A stretch of DNA of 64,000 bases from Balanoglossus misakiensis (lineage: Eukaryota > Animalia > Hemichordata). Every line of letters begins with the position of its first letter. The first letter of the stretch is position 1. Location of the stretch: positions 6,434,509 through 6,498,508 of the forward strand of contig CM082586.2 of assembly GCA_040954595.2 (NCBI GenBank). Reading direction: 5' to 3'. This document shows, piece by piece, positions 1 to 11,152 of this stretch. A program made the position numbers and the translations under genes. The notes under the pieces are model-generated. The model was not told the origin of the DNA. It saw nothing but the letters and a program-made list of their open reading frames with translations, and made no database searches.

Positions 1-3000
1 GATGCAGCCTTTGAGACACACTTCATCAGATATCTAGAGAAATGAAAAAAAAAACTTTCAAAAATTATCCTATATATAAGGGCAGCTCCATATCACGTCC
101 ATTGTTGCATGTCAAAGGTCAACTGAAATGTATGTGCAGTTGCCAATATATTATTTTTTCTTGTGCGTACATCTTATGTCCTGTCATTTGGTGATTTATG
201 TCATCTTTTTTCTGTTATGTTGAAAGAGAAATGGAAAGGCGATGGCAGATTTTGAACGGTACAGTTCACAGCCATCCATTCTTCTTGTAAGTTGTAAACT
301 ATTACAGTGCATTGCCGTGCGTGCGTTGCCGGGGCACGTATCATGATAGTGTCCATGGCAACCTGGCCTAAGAGGGCGCCCTTCACCCGCCATCACCTTG
401 CTGTCTGCAGCATGAGCACACTGTACTCTCCTTCCACGGTCACCAGCGCAGTTGCTCCACTGTACAGCTTGGGAAACCCGCTAGCCTGAGAGTAGCCATG
501 GCCACCACACGACAACCGCAAAACTTCTAATCCCCAGTTTGCGGTCAAAGATGAAAAAGCCTTCATACCAGCAGACAGGCCGTGCAACTGAAAAATCAAT
601 GTCCATGTTTTGATGTATTTTAGTGCTTTGCAAAATGAACAAAATTACAATTATCTACTGTGGGAATCAAGAATTATTTGACAGGGTATTCATAGCCCAA
701 TTTCTGAGAAATACAAATTTCCATAAAGCTGCGTATTATGCACATAAACAATGTCAACAGTAACATTTCCAATTAATGTACGAATCAGCCACAAACCTCC
801 TGTAAACTGGATAGATCACCAGCTTTCACGTCTTCTTGTATCTGGTCGCATCGCTTGCGAATATTGTGGGCTGCAAATTTGAATGCATATGTTGCGGCCA
901 ACTGCGGGAACAGTTTGAGTTGCTGCGACTGGTAGTCAATAATCTGTGGTTCTTTGCCCCTGTAGAAAGAAGTATGCTTCTTATCTCTGCCAGACTTCAT
1001 TTTTCGTATAACAGTTATGCTGTGCAACTTTTGTTTAATTCGATCCACCAAATTCTCTGTTCAAAGTGTTCTCACATTACAATGTATGCCCGTGCACAGG
1101 TTATGAGAACACATACCTGAGATATGACTATTAGGTAACTATTTAATAGTCCAGCAAAACATAATACTGTAATAATAACAATAAATTCCCATCGAAAAGC
1201 ATTCAAATAACCCCCCTTAGAAATGTTGAGAGCATGAATAGAATCAAAAACCATGGTAACCATTCCACTCACCCTGGGGTCAGTTCAGTCTGTCTCCTGA
1301 CAGCACTGTACCTTGTAGCAATGGTGCAACCAGAAGCCAGAGTTCCGGCAGCCATTGCAACTATGCTGACTCTGGTCAAGACCATGCCTACGTACACCAT
1401 CTTGTCGCTGATTGGAGGATGGTAGGTGCCATCTGTGTCTATCTGAAAGGGACGAAACAATATACAAATCAAGAAGTAAAGGTGTTTTTTTACATGAACT
1501 GAAAGCAGCGTAGTTGCATGAATTCCTATTATTCCAGGCATATTACCTTTGCGTACTTGGAAAGTAGATTTTCTCTCGGAATTCTGACATGATCAAATCT
1601 GCAGAAACCGTTGTCGTTGCTGTTCATGCCCGTTTTAGGACCAATGTCCCCAGTTATGACACCTGCCAAAAGAGACATAGAGAAGACTTGAAAACCAATC
1701 TTCGCAACTTTTTTAAGGTGCAAAATGCAAAAATGAATAATTCTTAAAAAATCAGATGCCTTGCAAGACTGAATGGAAAAATGTGTCTGTCTGATAAATT
1801 GGGTTTAAAGATATGTAACACTGATCCATAGATTACACTTGTCTTCTTTATAAACAGGTTCTGTGTTGATATTTGGGATTAATTTCAGTACATGACAGAT
1901 TTCAGGAAGTGCTGTACTAATTACTCATTCATGTAGAAACATTTTCTATGCTACAGTCCCATATCTACATTACAGATATGCTCCCTACGTACCTGGCAGA
2001 AGTTCATGGTTGTCGAATCTTCTCAACGGTACAATGAACGCATGAAGGCCGTACTTTTTGCCTTTTGAATACAACTGGGCCATCAATATAGCACAGTTTG
2101 CAGACCGGCCCACTGAAAGTAAAAGGGAAAATTTCACAGATCCTGACCACTGTAAAGTATTGTATCACATAAACATGATACGGTGTGCTGTGATACTCAA
2201 TGTAAAGGCAGAATGCAATAGACATACTTCACCATAATATGCAGGATACTGGAGTATTTAACAATGTTGTCACTATTGGCTGTGGGATTTTGCACTTGAC
2301 AATCCATTGTCAAATACTGAGAGGATTTTTGATGCAGTACAACAGTGTCCTTTACAGGAATTTCATATAATTTCTGAAAACTAAAGGGTGTCACCCAATC
2401 TGCAAGATGCGGCAAAAATAACTGCTCGATCATGAACAGTACTATGCTTAGCAACACTTACAATATCCAGGCCACCATTTTGTGGATGACAATGTCGGTG
2501 AATTGATGACAAATTCTTCTGTGCTGGGGTCGTAGGTCGCAGTTGTCTCCAAACCACGAATAAATGTGCCTACAAGATAGATATAAGAGTGAATAGTTAC
2601 AAGACTTGATGAGTCAACAGGTTATGGAAATATGATTATGGAGAAATCAACCAGAACTGTATTGCGTCTAAAAGCCCTGGACACTAGCCCCAACTCCATC
2701 CATAAACCTATCCCTGATAGGTGGGAAAATATTTGGGGGTACCAATCCTGATATTTGGTCTTTTTCTCACCGTGGCCAAGTTCAGTCTGCAGGTAGGTCC
2801 CGATGACTTCATAATTCAATGCCTTTGGCAACCATTTCTTTCTCTGTGCATCATCAGCTTGCGTCTGCAACATCGGTATCATCATGAGATCGTGTATTGC
2901 AAATATACTGCCCTCCCCACGCAGGGCTGCCCTGTGAGAAGAAAAAAATGACTGTGATTCGCCTTTTTCATAGAGAGGGTGCCCTTCCATGACGACAGAA

Positions 3001-3984
3001 AAACAAGGCTAGTAGGTCACAGCGTAAAAACTTTATCGTCTTGTACGTGTGTCTTCGCTATAGTTGCTTCTTTTGCTCACCCTTTGTAAATGAGTTGGTC
3101 CGACAGATCAGTCAGGTTCAGTCTCTTCATTTTCTCCACAAGAAGAACGGATCCACGCACAACATTTGTGTAATTTTCATCGCGAGTCAAGAATGAGGGA
3201 TCTTCTGTCTTGAAGTCTGGATCGCTCAGAGCCAACGATTCTGAAAGTAGTAAGAAAAAAATTCCATAAAAATAACAGTGATGTCACTTGGCCCATTCAT
3301 TTCAACATTTTTGTATCAGGCCTGGATGGTTTGTTTACTTTATACCCTAGGGGGCAAAGTCACCCACTATTATGTAACATCTAGTACAACTACACATGTG
3401 AGTTGAGCTGGGACACTGATCATCAAGCTATGTTTCAGTGAGCGAAATTAAATAAAATTGATCTAAAATTATGATCGAAATAATATTCAAAGTGGGCGAC
3501 TGTGGCCCTTTAATCGAAAGTGATACCCCCCCCCCTTTTTTTCCCCAGGTACTAGGTCCTGGTCTGCGGGTCAAAGTTCATTTGTTGTGGTCATGATGTG
3601 CAAGAGTGGGGAACACCCCGTTTTGGTAATTGGAAGGTCATTTTCAAAGGTGTATAAATATTGTACGAGGCGCTACACTTTCCCCGGGCATTCGCATGAG
3701 TTTCCCGGCTCTGTAACAATGTTCTGCGGTGCCAGTGGCATACAAGTCACCGTGGCTGAACAGTTCGTTCACCCGTAAAGCCGAAGTACAAGCATAAGTG
3801 CAACAGAGTACACATATGACTATGATTGATTGACGCGTGATTCTTTGAAGCATTATTACTTACGAATGTACCGTCGCCTTCTGGTGTTTTCAGCCCCTCT
3901 TTCAATAATGTAAGTTAGCTCTGTCGGGTCAAACGTGGCTCTGATCCGCTCTTTTTGCAAATCAGGATTGACTTGCGTCGCCAT
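1..3984 (-). CDS. ACOX1: Peroxisomal acyl-CoA oxidase 1-like, paralog A (exons 1-10; 3' end lies beyond the left edge)
   Basis: Exons, all GT-AG and in frame: 3864-3984, 3081-3240, 2771-2931, 2462-2569, 1993-2112, 1547-1662, 1273-1442, 797-959, 397-587, <1-33. Translation starts [13 protein letters not shown] and contains [41 protein letters not shown] and the catalytic-Glu motif [13 protein letters not shown]. Confidence 0.95.
3568..3580 (+). promoter_or_regulatory. DR1 nuclear-receptor element (PPRE/HNF4/RXR type) in ACOX-A intron 1
   Basis: GGGTCA-A-AGTTCA, a full match to RGKTCA-N-RGKTCA. Confidence 0.5.
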
Positions 3985-4370
3985 GATTGATTCCAGGGGA
4001 CCTTTGACCCCAAGTGCAGTGAGACCCAAAGGTCACGTGCACCGGGAACCAATGATGTGATGTGAAGTGTCAATACATAATGGCTGGAGATCTTTTATTT
4101 TATTTTATTTTATCTTATTTTATCGTATTATAATTTCAATTAAACTGACAAGAAAGAGAATAATGAACGTTCGCATCATGCGCTGGTCCTTTTGTAAATC
4201 GCGGGTCATCGCGCACTTCCGTCGTCTGCTACTGCGCAGAGCAATCTGGGATAGGATTTCAGACGACAACATATCGCCATCATCATCTCCATCTCCCATT
4301 ATCATCACCAGTACCACCGTCTGCGTGCTGTTGTTGTCGTTTTTGAAGTGCTGTATCCCTTACCAGGACG
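3985..4370. promoter_or_regulatory. Probable bidirectional promoter and 5' UTRs shared by ACOX-A and ACOX-B
   Basis: Only 386 bp separate the two divergent ATGs. Contains DR1 GGACCT-T-TGACCC (3998-4010), CAAAGGTCA (4027-4035), E-box CACGTG (4034-4039) and a CCAAT near 4049. Confidence 0.7.
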
Positions 4371-7300
4371 ATGGCGATGTACAGAAGCACAAGTGACGGC
4401 ACTCGGGTGAACCCTGATTTGCAAAAGGAGAGAGACAAGGCGTCTTTTGACCCGACAGAACTGACCTACATAATCGACGGAAGCGCCGAGAAGACAAGAA
4501 AGCGGCGTTACATTCGTGAGTTATTTTGCATGATTTATATATCATTGACATACTTGGAGGCTATGGGGGGGGGGAGGGGTGTACTTTCACAGAAGTGTTC
4601 TGCGGCACTGAGTCCACTTGTCACGTACTGGGAATTAGTTTTGAAAAGTGCCAGGGTCACCATGACCTTTGTTGTCCTCATCTCAGGTCACTCCACGGTC
4701 ACTCCAGTGACCGTGGCCAATTTTCCATTTATTCAAGGCACAAGCTTAGAGACCTGGGGTTAGGATTCTTAACTGACAATATTTAACCTTTGGAGCGTAG
4801 TTTGGAACTTGCCCCTTGTGCCGCATTGGTCAGTGAACCCAGAAAGATGGACTTTGGCAAACCTATTAAACCCTTTAAGTATTTGTACTTAGTTGACCAA
4901 GGACAGACCCCTGCACTACTGTAACAAAAAGTGTACCTGTAAATAATGGCTATATAGTTTAAAATAAAAGTTTTAAAAAATGAAAATGACGCAGGAGGTT
5001 GTCAATGTGCCTACCACCATCAATAAAGATCCAAACTTTACTGTCCAAGATTTAAATGCTGACCATTATGCATTCGCTACATGAAAAAAATTGTAAAAGC
5101 AAGATAAATGTCACATACTTTGCACTGTTGTTATTATTTTTTCTAGAATCTCTTGTTTTCAGTGATCCAGATTTTGATGAAAAAGACGTCTCCTTCTTAA
5201 CACGCGATGAACATTACACAAGCATTGTTAGAAGATCAGTACACATTGTGGAGAAAATGAAGAAGTTGAACTTGACTAATCCATCAGATCAAATCATCTT
5301 CAAAACGTAAGTGAATATGACGTGAGTGAGCTAGCGGGAAGGGTATATACGAGGCTATAATTGAGAAAAATATTCAGTATAAATTTCAAAAGTTGTAATG
5401 AAGTTATTTATTTTGCTCACAGGGCAGCCCTGCGTGGGGAGGGCAGTATATTTGCAATACACGATCTCATGATGATACCGATGTTGCAGACGCAAGCTGA
5501 TGATGCACAGAGAAAGAAATGGCTGCCAAAGGCGTTGAATTATGAAGTCATCGGGACCTACCTGCAGACTGAACTTGGCCATGGTAAACTAATCATTTGC
5601 ACATATTAAACTTATTCTAACGATAACATTTCAATTCAATTATCTGTAAACTTTTTCGGATGCCATCTTTTCGCAAGTCAGACTGTCCAATCATGTATGG
5701 TTTAGTGTGGATTCTTTCAACAGAAGAACTGTATTTTATCACAATTTTATACAGTTTTTGCATTATTTGATAAAGAAAATTGTGACTACGGTATGTTTCC
5801 AGTGCGAACTATCAACTCTTTTAACTATCTACGGTGTGTACAGGTACATTCGTTCGTGGTATAGAGACAACGGCGACCTACGACCCCAGCACCGAAGAAT
5901 TTGTCATCAATTCACCGACATTGTCATCCACAAAATGGTGGCCTGGATATCGTAAGTGTTGTGTTGCTAAGCGTAGTACTGTTCATGATCGAGCAGTTAT
6001 TTTGGTTTTCTTCATTGGATAAATATGTTTACTAAGCATAGTATGTACATTGTGAGTTAACAGTATCTTGCAGATGGGCTGATACACTTTAATTTCCATT
6101 GATTCTATCTTTTATTTTCAGTGGGTAAATCTGCAAACTGTGCCATATTGCTGGCCCAGTTGTATTCACAAGGAAGAAAGTATGGCCCCCATGCTTTCAT
6201 TGTACCGTTGAGAAGATTCGACAACCATGAACGTCTTCCAGGTATGTGTAATAATCCCGCTTAGTAAAATATGAGGCTGCTCTAAGTAATATTATAGCAA
6301 GATACTGAATTTAGTCCTGCCTCTTCTAACGAAAAATAAGAAAACTGTTATAGGTTACAGAAGATAAGATCTACCACTTCTAACTGATACACATGTACAT
6401 AGTGTAACTTGCACGTAATTGACAGTTTTGGCCGTTTAATTTATATGTTCTTGGAATTTTATGTCAGCGTACACTACTCCTTTTATTAGGCATAACTCTG
6501 GGAGATATTGGACCAAAATTAGGCCTGAGTAGTAACGACAATGGTTTCTGCAGATTAGATAATGTCAGAATTCCGAGAGAAAATCTACTCTCAAAGTACT
6601 CCAAGGTAAGCACTATTTGTTACATATAGCTCATAGATTTCCTTGTTTGTTCAGTCGAGTTCTCTATCTGGTACAGAAAGACTGAAGAGATATGTGTATT
6701 ATCCCTTACAGAAACTTTCTGCAGACATCTATAGAATTCTATAGCCTATTGAATTTCTATAGAGATTTATAGAATTTCTGTAGACATCTCTAGTGTATTT
6801 TGATACAAATTAGAATTCAAATGTGCAATAAAAAGAAATGACGATGCCTTTTACGTTTTATACAGTTATGTCCAATTTCTCAATGGAAAAATAATTTGCA
6901 TTGGTTGTGTGCACCAGTTGTTCTGTTAATACTTTTGTGTTGATGGCATGACACAGATTGACGCAGATGGCACCTACCATCCCCCAATCAGCGACAAGAT
7001 GGTGTACGTTGGCATGGTGTTGACCAGAGTCAGCATAGTTGCATTGACTACCGGGTGTCTGGCTGCTGGTTGCACCATTGCTACAAGGTACAGTGCTGTC
7101 AGGAGACAAACGGAACTGACCCCAGGGTGAGTGGAGTGGTTACCATGGTTTTTGATTCTATTCATTGTCTCAACATTTCTAAGGAATGTTATTTGAATGC
7201 TTTTCGATGGAAAGAAATTTATTATTATTATTACTGTAACAGTATTATAGTCATATCTCAGGTATATGTTCTCAAAACCTGTGCACGGGCATACATTATA

Positions 7301-9996
7301 ATGCGAGAACACTTTGAAGAGAGAATTTGGTGGATCGAATTAAACAAAAGTTGCACAGCATAACTGTTATACTAAAAATTAAATCTGGCAGAGATAAGAA
7401 GCACACTTCTCTTTCTACAGGGGCAAAGAACCACAGATTATTGACTACCAGTCCCAGCAACTCAAACTGTTCCCACAATTGGCCACGGCGTACGCGTTCA
7501 GATTTGCAGCCATCAGCATTCGCAAGCGATGCGACCAGATACAGGAGGATGTGAAAGCTGGTGATATATCCAGTTTACAGGAGGTAAGTTTCCTTTCATT
7601 TTAAGCCCCAAGAGCTGCCACTTTTGCATTATTTTCATGATTTTACTTTCCAACTAAGATCGATCCATCTAAACAAGCTTACTGGTAGCATGTACGTTCA
7701 TGAACATTTTATTGACGCCTGTTAGTGTCAGAAAATGTATTCAGTGTTTTTGCTAAGGTTGGGGAACATTGGTAATGGATTTGGGAACCCTGGTAACATT
7801 TCTACAACCCCCTAACTACATTGATACACCCTGGGGAACCCCGGTAAAATGACTGGGGAACTCCGGTAGATTTTACCTAGGTACCGCCCTTAACAAAAAC
7901 ACTGGTATTTGTGAACTTGTATGTCAACAATAACGGTGAATTTACAACTATAAACATGCACTGAAAATTAGTACATGTAAAACAGTCAATGTGCAGCCAT
8001 TCATATTCTGAAAACAAAAAATACATGCACTGAAAAAAAAGCAAACAGTCATTTTTTTTCTACAACAATTCATTATAGTTATTTTTTTTTCTACAACAAT
8101 TCATTATAGTTGCACGGCCTGTCTGCTGGTATGAAGGCATTTTCATCTTTGGCCGCAAACTGGGGATTAGAAGTTTTGCGGTTGTCATGCGGCGGCCATG
8201 GCTACTCTCAGGCTAGCGGTTTTCCCAAGATCTATACTACGAATACCGCCTATGTGACTGCAGAGGGGGAGTACAGCGTTCTCATGTTGCAGACCGCCAG
8301 GTATAAGGTTACAGTAGCCATGCCACTATTGCATCTAGTTACGTGATAAACAATACTTCTATGTCCGTAAATCAATACATTTGACAGGCGACTAGTGGTT
8401 GTAGCTGTGTATCAACTCCTAAAAGCATTGCATTAAAATATCCCCAATTTTCGCAATTCAATACATTTGATACCTTTCCCGACCTCATAGCATGGATTAA
8501 GGCTAAATATACAAATAGATATTCGTCAATTATGACACTTGAGGACTAGATCAATAGTTCCCTTCTTTCTTTCTTTGCTCTAGGTATCTGATGAAGTGTG
8601 TCTCTAAAGCTGCATCTGGGGAGAAGTTGCCAAACAACATGACCTATCTGACAAGAAAACCAGAATCCAAGTGTCCAGCTGAATCTGAACAGGACATTCT
8701 GAACCTTGGTCTGTTAGTGGATGCATACAGACACAGAGCTTACAGGTCAGGATTTTGTTTTTGTATAATCTGCTCCAGTTTCTAATATATTTAATATCAT
8801 TGGTATTTGTTTGACGGGGTTGTTTGACAATACTCTTTCTTTCTGACTTCACAGAATAGTACATGAAGCTGCTCAACAGATGCAATCTGGATTACTCTCA
8901 GGCAAACCACAACATGTCGCATGGAATGATGCTCACTTGTATCTCATCAAAGCGGCTGATGTAAGTCACTCAGTCAACAGATTTTCTCAACCTTGTCTTT
9001 AATTCTGGATACTTTAATATCCAAGTTTTCTAGTTTCCATGATTTGCTGAAGGAAACTGTCATCCAAGCTTGTTGTAGTTTCTGAATGAATTACTGATTT
9101 TTTTTTTTCATTTTAATGACAATCTTTTTGTTATTTCTTCCCAGGCACATTGCCACTATTACACTGTGATGAACTTTGTAGAGTTTCTGAAATCATCAGA
9201 GATGTCGCAGGCCCTGAGGGATGTATTGACCAGTCTGTGTCAGCTCTATGCTTTATATGGCATTGAGAACAATGCAGGCGATCTGTTACAGGTATGGATT
9301 GTGTATTGAAAGTCACTCAGGCACAAACAGGTATAATAATGACCAGACTTTTTCAGGTCTCTGTGCGTTGTTAATGTACATTTTGCATCAGGAGACAGAC
9401 AATTTGGTTGACACAGAGGCCTAAGGGGAGATGACCAAACTGGACAAAACTTTGAAAGAGGGCAGCAGTAGCATTTAAAATTCAAACACAAAAGACCTAA
9501 TGAAAACCCACTCACTGCTGTCTTCTCAACTACAGGATGGCTACATGTCTGGTGATCAGGTGGCCATGGTAACCAATCAAGTGGCTGCATTGTTGGAGGT
9601 GATTCGTCCCAACGCCGTCGCCTTGGTAGATGCCTTTGACATCCATGATGAAATGTTAGGATCCATACTTGGGAGATATGATGGCAATGTCTACGAGAAC
9701 ATGTACGAGTGGGCCAAACGGTCCCCACTCAACAAAACTGAGGTGGGTGGACGTAAACTCATATTCTTGTGACTTTTTCCCCATTTTTTGAATGCTGAAT
9801 TTGTTGTCCTTTTTACGGTGCGTTAATGCTTATTGTTTTGGATATTTTAAAATGGTGATTTTTTGAACTTTGATTAACAAAAAACAAATATATAAACAAT
9901 TCATTTTTATATTTATCTATTATACAGGTTCACCATTCATATCACAAGTACTTGCAGCCTCTGTTGCAGGCAAGCCCTGCAGCTGCCAAGTTGTAA
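4371..9996 (+). CDS. ACOX1: Peroxisomal acyl-CoA oxidase 1-like, paralog B (complete, 14 exons, about 674 aa, C-terminal PTS1 -AKL)
   Basis: Exons 4371-4515, 5147-5306, 5423-5583, 5844-5951, 6122-6241, 6490-6605, 6957-7126, 7421-7583, 8110-8300, 8584-8745, 8855-8960, 9145-9291, 9536-9742, 9928-9996 (sum 2025 nt). Same ACOX motifs as A. Ends [22 protein letters not shown]. Confidence 0.96.
4654..4713. promoter_or_regulatory. Cluster of nuclear-receptor half-sites (IR3/ERE-like and DR5-like) in ACOX-B intron 1
   Basis: GGGTCA-cca-TGACCT (4654-4668); AGGTCA-ctcca-CGGTCA (4685-4701); TGACCG (4708-4713). Confidence 0.45.
7742..7904. mobile_element. Small non-autonomous DNA transposon (MITE) in ACOX-B intron 8
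   Basis: Terminal inverted repeats (TIRs) CAGTGTTTTTGCTAAGG ... CCTTAACAAAAACACTG. Four internal TGGGGAAC..GGTA repeats. GTATT lies on both flanks. Confidence 0.7.
8051..8111 (+). repeat. 30/31-bp tandem duplication of the ACOX-B exon 9 splice acceptor
   Basis: A(T)nCTACAACAATTCATTATAGTT occurs twice in succession. Confidence 0.9.
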
Positions 9997-10607
9997 GATG
10001 TGTATGGCTGGCGGTGTTTATCAACTCAACATTTCAGTTCTTTTGAAGAAACAGAAAGTTAGATGGTGCTCTTAGAACATCAGAAATCTTTTTAAGTTCA
10101 GAAGTTTGAAAATTCTTGTCAATCATGAAGTCATGACTGCATGTAGTCATGCAAAGGATCCCTCAACCGATCTCTGAGCATTATTTTTACATGATGTTTA
10201 TGATTTTCCTGAGTTAACACAAAGGAATATTTTTAAAAGATATATGGGAGATCCTCTTCATAGAAGATTATTTTTACAGGCTCCTGTAAGAAACAGGATT
10301 AGATAACGGTGTTGTAACTGAAATTTAATTGGCAAGAAAAACTGGTTTAACCCTGATATAAAACTGCAGCACATCAATGAGTTTTAAACTCTGTATTCAT
10401 GTATTTCTAGTATCTCTCAATTTATATACACTATTTTAATAGTGTGGGGACTGGGGATATTTACAATATCCACCATTTGTATGATTTCTTCTGATATTTC
10501 CATTGCAAGTAAGCCTATTTACAATCAGTAAGAGAGGAATTTATAATTTTCGCAATATCCTCTTTTACACACTAAACAGTACTGACAACAAAGATTTGTA
10601 TATTTCA

Positions 10608-10613
10608 AATAAA
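10608..10613 (+). terminator. Candidate polyadenylation signal of ACOX-B
   Basis: AATAAA about 610 nt after the stop, followed by a GT/T-rich tract. Confidence 0.5.
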
Positions 10614-10987
10614 ATACTGTTTAACAAATTTGTACGTCTGTAATTTTGTGTATTGTCAAATTGAAGTTTTGAGAGATTGATGATTCTGAGTATTTCAGGT
10701 GATGTTACAGTTTTAGAGGCAAAAAAAAAGGCTTACAGAAGCTACCAATATTTATTTTGACAGATTTAGTGGCTTGTATGTGCTGTGTTGTGTGTGAGAA
10801 TTTTTTCTCAAGTCAAATGTCAACTCAAAAGTTGGTTGATATTTTCTTATTAATCCTTGAAAAATAAGATTCCAATTCTACTTTTTCAGTTAGGGGCTTC
10901 TAAAATACTGTGGTATTTGATAAGTGAGCACTTTTGTCACATTCCTAAATGCTATATTTTTCCTCCGGTGAACAGCTCAATGCAAAC

Positions 10988-11152
10988 CCCCACCGCCTCC
11001 CCCCCCCCCCCCCACCCCCGGCCCCGCGCGTCACTTTTGAAAGGGTTGTGCGTTTCCTGTGCAGGCGTTGTCGTCTGCTGTTTTACGCACTTCCGGGTAT
11101 CCCGGCGTGCTCAGCGAATCTGCTGCAGTCGACAGATTACAAAATGGCCGCT
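10988..11152 (+). promoter_or_regulatory. GC/CpG-rich promoter and 5' UTR of ACOX-C
   Basis: Poly-C tract, ETS-type ACTTCCGG (11089-11096), and YY1-like AAAATGGCCGC overlapping the ATG. Confidence 0.5.

Noticed and set aside
6720-6795. Quasi-palindromic TCTATAGA-rich tract in ACOX-B intron 6
   Set aside because: Low-complexity degenerate repeat with no coding remnant or defined ends that I could support.
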